64,000 nucleotides of DNA, from NCBI GenBank assembly GCA_964452905.1, contig CAYVNP010000006.1:1004-65003 (forward strand). The letters run 5' to 3'. The translations under genes were made by a program, and so were the position numbers. This document shows positions 48,110 through 57,710 of the stretch, in pieces; within the stretch, counting starts at the first letter, position 1, and each line of letters begins with the position of its first letter. The notes beneath the pieces are model-generated. The model did not search any database. It was given only the letters and a program-made list of their open reading frames with translations, and was not told the origin of the DNA. The DNA comes from an uncultured Bacteroidales bacterium (GTDB lineage Bacteria > Bacteroidota > Bacteroidia > Bacteroidales > CAYVNP01).

Positions 48110-49153
48110 TCAACTTATCCCTCCCTCCTGCAAGAACCTTTCTATTGGCTTAGGAACGGCATATTGGTTGAATTTTCTTTTACTCACTGAAATATATTTT
48201 GAATCTGAAATAAATTCATTTTTCAGAATTTTTATTTCATAAAAACTGATCACCAATTGCTGATGGGACAAAAGATGTTTGGTACTTCTACTAAATTTAA
48301 TATCTATATTTTCAGTATGTAAAAATGTTTGGATTTTCTTTTTGGTTAATTTTAAAGTTGTATGTGTTTCAATCAGCGGCAAATCATAGAGTCCTTTCCA
48401 GATGTCGTTTTCAACTCTTTTCCTTAAAAAAAACTTTTCCCCATCACTGATAAACAGATAATGAAAATATCTTTTCTTTAATTCAATTTTAATGTTTTTA
48501 ACAGGCAGTTGATCTTGTTTATCATTCTGAAAAGCATAACAATTGTTTGTTAAAGGGCAATCTTCACATTGAGGATTCTGCGGAGTACATATCATGGCGC
48601 CAAGATCCATCATGGCTTGATTAAAATCTCCCGGTTTTTTTTTATCCAGTAAATCATATGCAGTATTTTTAAATATATTTTTTCCGGAAGAAGTTTGATG
48701 TGATTCTTTCATTCCATATAATCGTGAAAGTACCCGATGAACATTGCCATCCACAACTGCCAGTGGTAGATCAAAGCAAACAGACAAAATCAATGAAGCG
48801 GTATAATCACCGATTCCTTTAAGTTGGATCATCTGTTTATAATTATCCGGGAATTTCCCATTGAAATCATTAACAATTATTTTCGCTGTTTCATGCATAT
48901 TTCGACCCCTGGAATAATATCCAAGTCCCTGCCATAGTTTCAGGATATCATGTTCAGATGCGGCAGCAAAAGCAAACACATCGGGATATCTTTTCAAAAA
49001 CCGCAGGAAATAGGGTGTACCCTGTTCAATACGTGTTTGCTGCATAATAATCTCTGAAAGCCAGATGACATAGGGGTCTGTGCTGTTTCGCCAGGGAAGT
49101 TCACGTTTGTTTTTGGTGTACCAGGCAGAAATCTTTTTTCTTATCCGTTGCAT
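48110..49153 (-). CDS. mutY: A/G-specific adenine glycosylase
   Basis: LPWR...PYVIWLSEIMLQQT-like HhH-GPD N-terminus, 4Fe-4S loop CTPQNPQCEDCPLTNNC, and a NUDIX-like C-terminal domain. Confidence 0.9.
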   Translation of the reverse strand: MQRIRKKISAWYTKNKRELPWRNSTDPYVIWLSEIIMQQTRIEQGTPYFLRFLKRYPDVFAFAAASEHDILKLWQGLGYYSRGRNMHETAKIIVNDFNGKFPDNYKQMIQLKGIGDYTASLILSVCFDLPLAVVDGNVHRVLSRLYGMKESHQTSSGKNIFKNTAYDLLDKKKPGDFNQAMMDLGAMICTPQNPQCEDCPLTNNCYAFQNDKQDQLPVKNIKIELKKRYFHYLFISDGEKFFLRKRVENDIWKGLYDLPLIETHTTLKLTKKKIQTFLHTENIDIKFSRSTKHLLSHQQLVISFYEIKILKNEFISDSKYISVSKRKFNQYAVPKPIERFLQEGGIS

Positions 49154-49162
49154 GAAAACAAA

Positions 49163-50614
49163 TTATTTGCGTGAAGCAAGAGATTTGTTTTTCAAGAAAT
49201 CATAAAACAATCTAACACCAACGCCTGTACTACCAAGTCCTCTGTAATTGTCTTTCTTTTCAGTAAAAGCTGTCCCGGCAATATCAAGATGAATATATGG
49301 ATAATCTGTAAAATGTTCAAGGAATTTTCCGGCTGTGATTGCCCCTGCATCAGAGCCACCTGAATTTTTTATATCAGCAACATCCGATTTAATAAGTTCT
49401 TTGTAATCATCCCATAACGGAAATTCGACTATTCGTTCAAACACATTCAATCCGGATTGCTGGAGGGCTTTCAGTTCATCATCTGCTTTTGCCTGCATGG
49501 CAACGCTTGCATATTTACCAATAGCCCGTGCAGCAGCGCCGGTGAGTGTGGCAATATCAATCACAGTCTGGGGATTATATTTTTTTGCATAGCCAAGAGC
49601 ATCCGCAAGGATCATCCTCCCTTCGGCATCGGTATTTTTTATTTCAACAGTTGCACCGGTGTACATGGTAATAATGTCATCCGGAACATAGGAGTTACCG
49701 TCAGGACGGTTATCTGTTGCAGGAATCAGACCAACTACATTAACAGGTAAATTATTTTTCACAACTGCATAAAGCGCGCAGGCAACTGCAGCTGCGCCGG
49801 ACATATCATGTTTCATGGTTTCCATGTATGCGCCCGGTTTAACATTGATACCACCCGTATCAAACACAACTCCTTTACCAACCAACACATATGGCTTTTT
49901 ATTAATTGCATTCTTTGGTTTCCATTCAATCACGGTAAAAGTAGGAGGATCAATACTACCTTTGTTAACAGCAAGCAAACCGCCCATCTTAAGAGTTTCT
50001 ATTTTCTTTTTGTTCATCACTTCTACTTTGGCTCCTGTGTTCTTAAACATCTTTTCGATTTCATTTGCCAGTTGAACAGCATTGAGCACACATACCGGTT
50101 CATTCACCAGATCACGGCATTTATGGATAGAATCTATTAATATGTTTAATTCATTAAGTGACTTAGTTTCAACCTTGTCGGAAAAAATTTCCACTGATTG
50201 TAATGTATGTTTTTTCTTTTCCTTATCAGACTGATAATGGATGAATTGATAATTTGACAAGGCAATGCCTTCAACCAAAGCGATGATTTCTTCTTTGTTG
50301 GCATTTATTTCCTGAACCGTAATTTTTTTAATTTTTTGAGCATTTAAATGATTTGCAAGCTCATTCCCATATTTTCTGCAATTTTCATAGGTTTTATACG
50401 TTTCATTTTCTTTTTGAATAACAACAACATATATCCACTTATCCAATTGATTAATTCCGATAACTTTTTTTTCGTTTTTCTCATATTGAAGTTTTACATA
50501 ATTTATTTCTTTAGTATTTAATAAATCTTGCTTCAGATGTTTAATATCAGTAAGGAGTATTACATTGCTATCTGATTTTATAACTTTGTTAATTTTATTA
50601 ATTTTTATATTCAT
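49163..50614 (-). CDS. pepA: Leucyl aminopeptidase (M17)
   Basis: NTDAEGRMILADAL signature and VGKGVVFDTGG. Confidence 0.9.
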   Translation of the reverse strand: MNIKINKINKVIKSDSNVILLTDIKHLKQDLLNTKEINYVKLQYEKNEKKVIGINQLDKWIYVVVIQKENETYKTYENCRKYGNELANHLNAQKIKKITVQEINANKEEIIALVEGIALSNYQFIHYQSDKEKKKHTLQSVEIFSDKVETKSLNELNILIDSIHKCRDLVNEPVCVLNAVQLANEIEKMFKNTGAKVEVMNKKKIETLKMGGLLAVNKGSIDPPTFTVIEWKPKNAINKKPYVLVGKGVVFDTGGINVKPGAYMETMKHDMSGAAAVACALYAVVKNNLPVNVVGLIPATDNRPDGNSYVPDDIITMYTGATVEIKNTDAEGRMILADALGYAKKYNPQTVIDIATLTGAAARAIGKYASVAMQAKADDELKALQQSGLNVFERIVEFPLWDDYKELIKSDVADIKNSGGSDAGAITAGKFLEHFTDYPYIHLDIAGTAFTEKKDNYRGLGSTGVGVRLFYDFLKNKSLASRK

Positions 50615-50662
50615 TTCTCTTTTATTTTATTTCTATTTTTGCACAAATTTACAAAATCCGAA

Positions 50663-51751
50663 ATGCAAACAGAGCACTTGTTGAAAAAAGCACTGAATAA
50701 GGAATTTCTCTCCATTGACGAAGGAGTGCATCTGTTCAATCATGCCGGAACAAGTGAACTTATTTATACAGCAAACGAAATACGTAAACATTTACATCCT
50801 GACAATCAAGTTACCTGGATCATTGACCGCAATGTAAATATTACCAATGTTTGTATATCCGGATGTAAGTTCTGTAACTTTTTTCGTACTCAGAATAGTT
50901 CAGATGCCTATATTACCTCCATCGAACAATATATTGAAAAAATAAACATATTAAAACAAAGAGGAGGCAATCAGTTGTTGTTGCAGGGTGGTTTGCATCC
51001 ACAACTTGGGTTGACATTTTATGAAAATTTATTTCGTGAACTGAAGTCCATTTTCCCTGATATGAAACTGCATGCATTGGGACCTGCAGAGATAGTTCAT
51101 ATAAGTAAATTAGAAAAACTAACCTTTATACAAGTTCTACAACGGCTTAAAGATGCAGGACTTGACAGTTTACCCGGGGGAGGAGCCGAAATACTTGTTG
51201 ACCGGGTACGAAAGATCATTTCAAAAGTAAAATGCTCAGCGGGTGAATGGCTTGATGTAATGCGAGCTGCACATCAATTACATATTACCACCTCTGCAAC
51301 CATGATGTTCGGACATATTGAAACCATTGAAGAACGAATTCAACATCTCGTTGCAGTCAGGAATGTACAATGCGATAAACCGGAATCTGCAAAAGGTTTT
51401 ATTTCCTTTATTCCTTGGCCCTTTCAGGATAAGGATACTGTGCTGAAAAATAAAATGAATATTTCAAATACTGTTACAGGTGAAGAATACATCCGAATGA
51501 TCGCCATCAGTCGTTTGATGTTGCCTAATATTTCTAACATTCAGGCATCCTGGCTGACAGTTGGGAAAGACATTGCCCAACTTTGTTTGCATGCAGGCGC
51601 CAATGATTTTGGTTCAATCATGATCGAAGAAAATGTAGTTTCATCTGCTGGCGCTGACAATCAGTTTGATGCACAAGGAATTCAAAATGCAATCAGAGAA
51701 GCAGGATTTGAATCTCAATTAAGGAATCAGGAATTTGAATATATTCAATAA
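50663..51751 (+). CDS. CofH/MqnC/MqnE-family radical SAM enzyme (futalosine-pathway type)
   Basis: NVCISGCKFCNF CxxxCxxC cluster and a GGEP-like GGGAEIL motif. Start moved from the TTG at 50639 to the ATG at 50663. Confidence 0.75.
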   Translation: MQTEHLLKKALNKEFLSIDEGVHLFNHAGTSELIYTANEIRKHLHPDNQVTWIIDRNVNITNVCISGCKFCNFFRTQNSSDAYITSIEQYIEKINILKQRGGNQLLLQGGLHPQLGLTFYENLFRELKSIFPDMKLHALGPAEIVHISKLEKLTFIQVLQRLKDAGLDSLPGGGAEILVDRVRKIISKVKCSAGEWLDVMRAAHQLHITTSATMMFGHIETIEERIQHLVAVRNVQCDKPESAKGFISFIPWPFQDKDTVLKNKMNISNTVTGEEYIRMIAISRLMLPNISNIQASWLTVGKDIAQLCLHAGANDFGSIMIEENVVSSAGADNQFDAQGIQNAIREAGFESQLRNQEFEYIQ

Positions 51752-51785
51752 ATATATAATTAACAGAACAATTTACGTTTTAAGA

Positions 51786-52499
51786 ATGACCCTCAAAACA
51801 AAATATATTTTTTTTATTTTGCTTTTCATTATATATTCCTGTACAACAAAGATCAGGGGTTACAGAGTACAGGGAGGATCAAAAAAACGCGCATTATCAT
51901 TTAATAAATACAGCACCGGTTCAGGATCACGCTACGGGAAAATGAGATTCGGTTCATCACGTCAACAGAAAAAAAGTTTTAAATACAATTATGGTAGAAT
52001 AAATAGTTTCGGCGGAAGAAATAAATCCGGAAAAAGTAAATATTCAGTCTACGGAAGCAGTATCTCTTTTGGCCGTAATTCCTATAGAAACAATGCCAGC
52101 AGAAGTAATTTCGGACAGTTCATTTCATTTGGTAAAGGAAGAAAATCACGTTCCCAGGCATATTCAAAATCAGTGTATGGAAGTAATATTACTTTCGGCA
52201 ACAAATCAAAACGACGTTCATTTACTCGCAAAGGAGGCATATACGGCTCACAGATCAGCTTCGGAAAAAACAAAAAATGGAAAAGAGCCAATAATAAAAT
52301 TTACGGCAGTGATATTCGTTTTGGCACCCGAAGTAAAGGAAGAGCCAATGCATCCGGAACTTACAAAAGAGGTGATAACAGTTTCTGGAGTTTCAACTGG
52401 CTACGAGGTAAACACAGAGGTGCGCCGCAAACAAGAAAGAAAAAATCATTGCAGTTACGACTATTTGATCCCAAACAAAAAGCAAAGGGCAGTAGGTAA
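51786..52499 (+). CDS. Highly basic repeat lipoprotein (seven (Y/F)G-x-x-I-x-FG units)
   Basis: Start placed at MTLKTKYIFFILLFIIYSC (lipobox-like). Seven repeats, e.g. VYGSSISFGR, VYGSNITFGN, IYGSQISFGK, IYGSDIRFGT, separated by K/R/S-rich linkers. Confidence 0.55.
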   Translation: MTLKTKYIFFILLFIIYSCTTKIRGYRVQGGSKKRALSFNKYSTGSGSRYGKMRFGSSRQQKKSFKYNYGRINSFGGRNKSGKSKYSVYGSSISFGRNSYRNNASRSNFGQFISFGKGRKSRSQAYSKSVYGSNITFGNKSKRRSFTRKGGIYGSQISFGKNKKWKRANNKIYGSDIRFGTRSKGRANASGTYKRGDNSFWSFNWLRGKHRGAPQTRKKKSLQLRLFDPKQKAKGSR

Positions 52500-52693
52500 A
52501 CAGCAATCAATGAACAATCATCATTGATCAGTGAAAAATTATCATTGAAAAATGAATGTTAGATTGGTATACTACTAATCAACTTATTTTAAATATAATA
52601 CCAATACCTTTTTTTATCCATGTCAAGTCGTAAATGGTATAATGTCGATAAAAAAACTGTTACAGGACTATTTAGTAAACCGTATCGGTAGGA

Positions 52694-53959
52694 TTATTCT
52701 TTAATTTCAGGATAATACTTTTTAACACAATCAGGACAAATACCATGAGAAAAATCAGCATCCGTGTTGTCCCTGACATATATTTCAATTTTCTGCCAGT
52801 AACCGGAATCGTCTCTGACCTTCTTACAGTATGCGCATATCGGCAATAAACCTTTAAGGACTTTATTATTATCAAGAGCATCTTTCAAACCAATGTTGGC
52901 TGTCTCCAATTCAATATTCTTTTGTCTGATCATTTCGGAAGAATTCTGTTGTATGACAAAAAATTGTCTGATAGCAAAAACAAGTACCACAGCGAGACAA
53001 AGCAGTAACCCACAGATAATACGTAAAGTACGAAGAGTGGTTTTCATTTCTCTGAATGCCTCACTCACCGGCTGTGTAACCACTACACCCCAACCATAAT
53101 GCTTGACTCCTTGAAAACCGGCAATCCTGTCTTCCATTTCAACTTCATTATAGTTTTGAGCAACACCATGTTTTCCGCCATGCATCTTTTGTACAATTCC
53201 GACCAAGGAGAAATCGATGATCTTGGAATGATTATCGAACTTAGGATGATGAACAATTCTGCCATATTGGTCAACAATATAAATTATTCCACCTAAACCA
53301 ACGTTTATATTTGTCCATGTATGAAAATATTCCAGATTCAACTGTAATTGCAAAATACCGAGTTTTTGGGATTTAACAGTATTTGAATCTGATGTAGTCT
53401 TTGAAGGAGAATGGTTGTCGGCATAAATAGGCACCACAATACTAATAACATTATTACGAGGTTCAGCAGTTCGCTGATAAACCCCGGAAACAAAAGGTTT
53501 CCATGTTTTGCGAAATTCCCTGAACCATTCTTTTTCTGCACGACTTTGACCGATTACATTCGCATTAGGGACATCTGCACGAATAATAGCATTTGTATCA
53601 TATAATACCATCCGTTCAAATTCTGTATTTGAATGTAGCAGATCACTGATCATATCTGCGCCTGTTTCCCAGTGTCCCCCTTCAATATATTTTATCAGCA
53701 TTCGTCGTGAAGCATAAGAATTACCTAACTTGACCAATGAATTAAGTTTTTCCTCCACAACAGTAGCTGCCAATCGTGCCTGTGATAATTTTGTCTGATA
53801 CAAAGATTCTGTCATTATCTTATTATAGTTCATCAGGGTTAAATAAACAAGAACTACAGCAGGTATCAAAAGTATAAAAGGCAATACTGTTCGGGTAAAT
53901 GACCAAATCGTTGTCTGATGTTTATTGGAGTTAATATATCTTGAGAAAGGAAAATTCAT
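52694..53959 (-). CDS. Membrane Cache-type sensor with a C-terminal CxxC...HGxCPxC module and no canonical output domain
   Basis: TM1, a roughly 270-aa periplasmic Cache-like region, TM2, a coiled coil, then LPICAYCKKVRDDSGYWQKIEIYVRDNTDADFSHGICPDCVKKY. Confidence 0.6.
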   Translation of the reverse strand: MNFPFSRYINSNKHQTTIWSFTRTVLPFILLIPAVVLVYLTLMNYNKIMTESLYQTKLSQARLAATVVEEKLNSLVKLGNSYASRRMLIKYIEGGHWETGADMISDLLHSNTEFERMVLYDTNAIIRADVPNANVIGQSRAEKEWFREFRKTWKPFVSGVYQRTAEPRNNVISIVVPIYADNHSPSKTTSDSNTVKSQKLGILQLQLNLEYFHTWTNINVGLGGIIYIVDQYGRIVHHPKFDNHSKIIDFSLVGIVQKMHGGKHGVAQNYNEVEMEDRIAGFQGVKHYGWGVVVTQPVSEAFREMKTTLRTLRIICGLLLCLAVVLVFAIRQFFVIQQNSSEMIRQKNIELETANIGLKDALDNNKVLKGLLPICAYCKKVRDDSGYWQKIEIYVRDNTDADFSHGICPDCVKKYYPEIKE

Positions 53960-54272
53960 TAAAAAATGTTTTTAAATTTTTACAGATCAAATTAAATCAT
54001 TTCTAATTATTAAATTTATTCCGATGGTTTTGAAATAAGTTAAAATTTATTTGTAAAGGGAGGTATAAACAAAATAATTCTACCAATTAATAACCAAAGT
54101 TAATAAAAAAAATATTAACCATTTTTTAAGGTATTTTTTTAATACCGCTTAGGTCTAAATTATTTAAATCCATCTTTTCAATTATAAAAAAACCTACTTC
54201 TTTAATTTAATAATTAAGTGTTTATTATTTATAATTCGATTGTAAATCATCGTCAACGAAAAAAAATAATTA

Positions 54273-56102
54273 TTACTGTTTCATAATTTTTAATGTTTGT
54301 AAAGATTTATTCGTACTGATTTTCACCAGATATACCCCTTTAGTTAATGATTCACCAAAAGATGTTTCATTTTGAAAATCTTCAGCAAATAATATTCTGC
54401 CCATAATATCCATTACTTCTATTTTCCCGCTTATGTTTGATTTCAAATTAAAATTGTCGAAAGAAGGATTGGGAAAAATACTGATTTCGTTTATATTTCT
54501 ATGAGTGTTCACCTGTGTTGACAGATCCTTTTCAATGATCACAAAATTTATACTATTTGGTTGAATGTCAATATTTGAGATGGATTGACAGGAATGTGAA
54601 AATGGGCTGATGGTATCATAACCTAATGGACCACCTTGTGTGTAAAGACTATTTGTGAATCCATTAATAAAAACTTTTTTACTTGTTTTTGAAGATGCAG
54701 TCAGTTCATACCAATATACATTTTTCCCGGAAAAGTTTTTCGGAGCAATCGAAACAGATTTTGATTTTTCAGATATGTTTGTGATCCACATACCAAGATG
54801 TCCGTTGGCAAATGAGGTTGCATACACCTTCACGCTATCATCATCTGAAACTGCTTTTATCATTTGATCTCCTGCTATCTTATTCAATAAATAATATAAA
54901 TAAAAGGCAGGGCGAGGCGTTCCGTCAGGCAGTTCGGAATCATTCCATGAAACAAACCCCATATCACCGCCATCCGTACGTGTGCCATTTTGCATATCCC
55001 ACAAATCATACATTCCATAGTTATTTGCTATTAACTCTCCTATCACCTGCGACAAAAACAATGCAGATAAATGTGATACTTCTTTATTCCCTGCTCTTAA
55101 ATTAAACTCCGTCATAGCTACAGGCAGATAATTACCGGACTTACCTGAATACTTTGCCACAGATATCTGCATTTTATCTATATCGTCCTTTATCATATGT
55201 ACCGATCCGAGTACATCTGAAACAGTAATATTGTTCAGATTATTTGAATTAAAGGTAAAATATTCATGCATGATCCAGAAGTCAGCTTTATCAATAACTT
55301 TAGGGATCAAGTATTTATTCCACCAATTGTAACCCGAATACGTTTTTATTCCATCATCATCCGGCAAAATAACTGCTCCTACTTTAATGCTCGGATCGGC
55401 AGATTTCATACTGTCAACTATCACATTAAAAATATCTGCATACTTCGCTCCAGTGATTGTATCCTTATCAATAATATATCCTGATTGCCATGGACCATAA
55501 TTCTCATTTCCTATTTCCCAGTATTTCGCTTTATATCCTTTATTCTTCACATACCGTACCCATTCGGCTGCATAATGCGCGGCATATTGGACAGGGGTTG
55601 AACCATTGTAATAGCGTGCCAATGAAAGGTTAACACAAAAGACCGGTTCGCTTTTCAGTGAATCGCAGAGTTGAAGGAACTTATCAACTGTCAGTCTCCA
55701 TGCGCCATCCGTACCACTGACAGCAACAAAATTAGGATCCGTTTTAACCGGGGGTATATTCCCATCCCAAAAATAATCATTTGACAGATTGCCTCCTGGA
55801 AAACGCATGTATGTTATGCCGGCGTGTTTAAAATGTTTTTTCCGAATCGTATCCGTTAAAACTTTCTTCCCCATCCACGAACTGCAATTATTTGCAAAAT
55901 GTGTTGGTAATATTTTAGCTATTATTACACTTGGATCAATGTCAATCCGAACATTTGTGTTATTGCCGGAAAAATTCTTAATAACAAAACGTGCAGGTAT
56001 AACGGCATTCTTTGGAGTCCAACTATCGGTGAACATTGTTGATTGTGAAAAGGAGTAAAATGAAAATAATAATCCAAGAAAAATAAAAATAAAGATTTTC
56101 AT
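54273..56102 (-). CDS. Secreted clan GH-A-like glycoside hydrolase with T9SS C-terminal domain
   Basis: Signal peptide, YWEIGNENYGPW (acid/base NE motif), and a C-terminal IFPNPSFDNFNL...GVYLVKI CTD. Confidence 0.65.
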   Translation of the reverse strand: MKIFIFIFLGLLFSFYSFSQSTMFTDSWTPKNAVIPARFVIKNFSGNNTNVRIDIDPSVIIAKILPTHFANNCSSWMGKKVLTDTIRKKHFKHAGITYMRFPGGNLSNDYFWDGNIPPVKTDPNFVAVSGTDGAWRLTVDKFLQLCDSLKSEPVFCVNLSLARYYNGSTPVQYAAHYAAEWVRYVKNKGYKAKYWEIGNENYGPWQSGYIIDKDTITGAKYADIFNVIVDSMKSADPSIKVGAVILPDDDGIKTYSGYNWWNKYLIPKVIDKADFWIMHEYFTFNSNNLNNITVSDVLGSVHMIKDDIDKMQISVAKYSGKSGNYLPVAMTEFNLRAGNKEVSHLSALFLSQVIGELIANNYGMYDLWDMQNGTRTDGGDMGFVSWNDSELPDGTPRPAFYLYYLLNKIAGDQMIKAVSDDDSVKVYATSFANGHLGMWITNISEKSKSVSIAPKNFSGKNVYWYELTASSKTSKKVFINGFTNSLYTQGGPLGYDTISPFSHSCQSISNIDIQPNSINFVIIEKDLSTQVNTHRNINEISIFPNPSFDNFNLKSNISGKIEVMDIMGRILFAEDFQNETSFGESLTKGVYLVKISTNKSLQTLKIMKQ

Positions 56103-56358
56103 GTTGTCTGTTTTTTAAAAAGTTGAATTCTTATATCCTTTCTTTTATTTAATCAAATATCTCAAACAATATACAAATCTCAACTTGTTTATGCAGTCAC
56201 AATATTCTTGAAGTTTTACAAATACTTTTTTTTATAGTAAAATATTCATTCTTATTATCTAATAGGACTGTTTACTGAATTGTTCAATCTAAAGTATAAT
56301 ACTCCCAATTTATATTTATATGTTAATTATTTTAGACAAAGCCCCAAATCAATTGTTA

Positions 56359-57567
56359 CTATTTCTTAATTAATTTGTGTGTGAATAATTCTTTATTCCT
56401 CATTATTTGCATTGTATAAACACCACTTTGCAAATTACTGATGTTAATTTGATTCATCTGATCGTGTTTGGTTAACACCAATTTCCCTGTTATATCATAA
56501 ATTTGAATTGTTGAATTATCCGGTATACCTTTTATATTAATTAGATTGGTTGCCGGATTGGGGAATACCTGAATTCCGCATTGTTTCAAATCATTTAATC
56601 CTGCATTTAAGTCCAATCTCGATACACCATTATCAGTAGCAAACCAGATACTGCCTTGATTTTCCATAGCAATTGCACCAACCCAATTACCGGCCAAACC
56701 ATTAAACTGTTGATATGTTGTCCAATTGGTTCCATCAAATTTTGATACTCCGCTTCCGGTAGCAAACCAAATATTTCCTTGTGCATCATCAGTAATTGCA
56801 TAGACAGCTTTATAAGCAAGTCCAACGTTAGTCCAATTTGTACCATCATATTTTGTAACTCCTGCACCATCTGTCCCAAACCATTTATTTCCTTGCTTAT
56901 CAATGAAAATAGCGTCAACATAATTCATTGCTAATCCATCTTTCATTTGATAAGTAGTCCATTGTGTTCCATTAAATTTTGACACTCCTAATTTTGTTCC
57001 TATCCATAAAACACCCTGATCATCCATTGCAAGCGACTTCACTTCATTATTTACTAGTCCATTAGAAGTAGTATATTTTGTCCAAGTAGTACCATCAAAT
57101 TTAGAAACTCCATTGTCTGTCCCAACCCATTTGTTTCCTTGCTTATCAATAATTAATGCTCTAACGTATCCACTCTGTGAAGAATAATTAACCCAACTAG
57201 TTCCATCAAACTTTGCAACCCCTGAAGATGTGCCAATCCAAATGACCCCTTGATTATCAATAGCCAAAGCATTTACATTATCGTTAGGTAGCCCATTGGC
57301 TTGTTTTGTAAAAGCGGTCCAGGAAGTACCATCAAATTTTGACACACCACCCCCACCGGTTCCAACCCATTTATTTCCTTGTGCATCAATGGCAATGGCG
57401 TAAATCTGTTTTACTCTGATCCCTAACGATGTATTGGTGGGATTGTAATTAGTAAATGTTTGAGCTATACCCAGATTGATCACTAAAAGAAACACACTGA
57501 ACAAAAAAATAAATTGCTTGTTAATTGTTTCATTCTTCACGTTAAAAGTTTGTGTAAAATTTTTCAT
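56359..57567 (-). CDS. Two-component-regulator-propeller (Reg_prop) repeat protein with T9SS C-terminal domain
   Basis: About eight roughly 48-aa blades (QGNKWVGT..GVSKFDGTxWTxY) and a C-terminal VFPNPATNLINI...GVYTMQI CTD. Confidence 0.75.
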   Translation of the reverse strand: MKNFTQTFNVKNETINKQFIFLFSVFLLVINLGIAQTFTNYNPTNTSLGIRVKQIYAIAIDAQGNKWVGTGGGGVSKFDGTSWTAFTKQANGLPNDNVNALAIDNQGVIWIGTSSGVAKFDGTSWVNYSSQSGYVRALIIDKQGNKWVGTDNGVSKFDGTTWTKYTTSNGLVNNEVKSLAMDDQGVLWIGTKLGVSKFNGTQWTTYQMKDGLAMNYVDAIFIDKQGNKWFGTDGAGVTKYDGTNWTNVGLAYKAVYAITDDAQGNIWFATGSGVSKFDGTNWTTYQQFNGLAGNWVGAIAMENQGSIWFATDNGVSRLDLNAGLNDLKQCGIQVFPNPATNLINIKGIPDNSTIQIYDITGKLVLTKHDQMNQINISNLQSGVYTMQIMRNKELFTHKLIKK

Positions 57568-57710
57568 ATGATAAAAAGATTTAGATGTAATTTATATACT
57601 ATGTTCATTAATTACATACAAAAATAAAAAAAAGGGTTTAATATTCTTAAACCCCTTTGAAAAAATATTTCAAAATAATTAAATTAACTGCTAAACCTTT
57701 TTTTGTCTGC

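Noticed and set aside
52069-52527. 152-aa + strand ORF overlapping the repeat lipoprotein gene in another frame (also 52082-52291 on the minus strand)
   Set aside because: It is a by-product of the repetitive AAR/AGY-rich codon composition. It has no signal, repeats or motifs of its own. The frame with the lipoprotein signal and seven regular repeats is the coherent one.
56359-57567. Strong ~144-nt periodicity at the DNA level, briefly considered as a tandem-repeat or hypervariable element
   Set aside because: The periodicity is fully explained by the eight protein blades of a Reg_prop beta-propeller in one intact ORF. The alternative-frame ORF 56607-56921 is a shadow of it.
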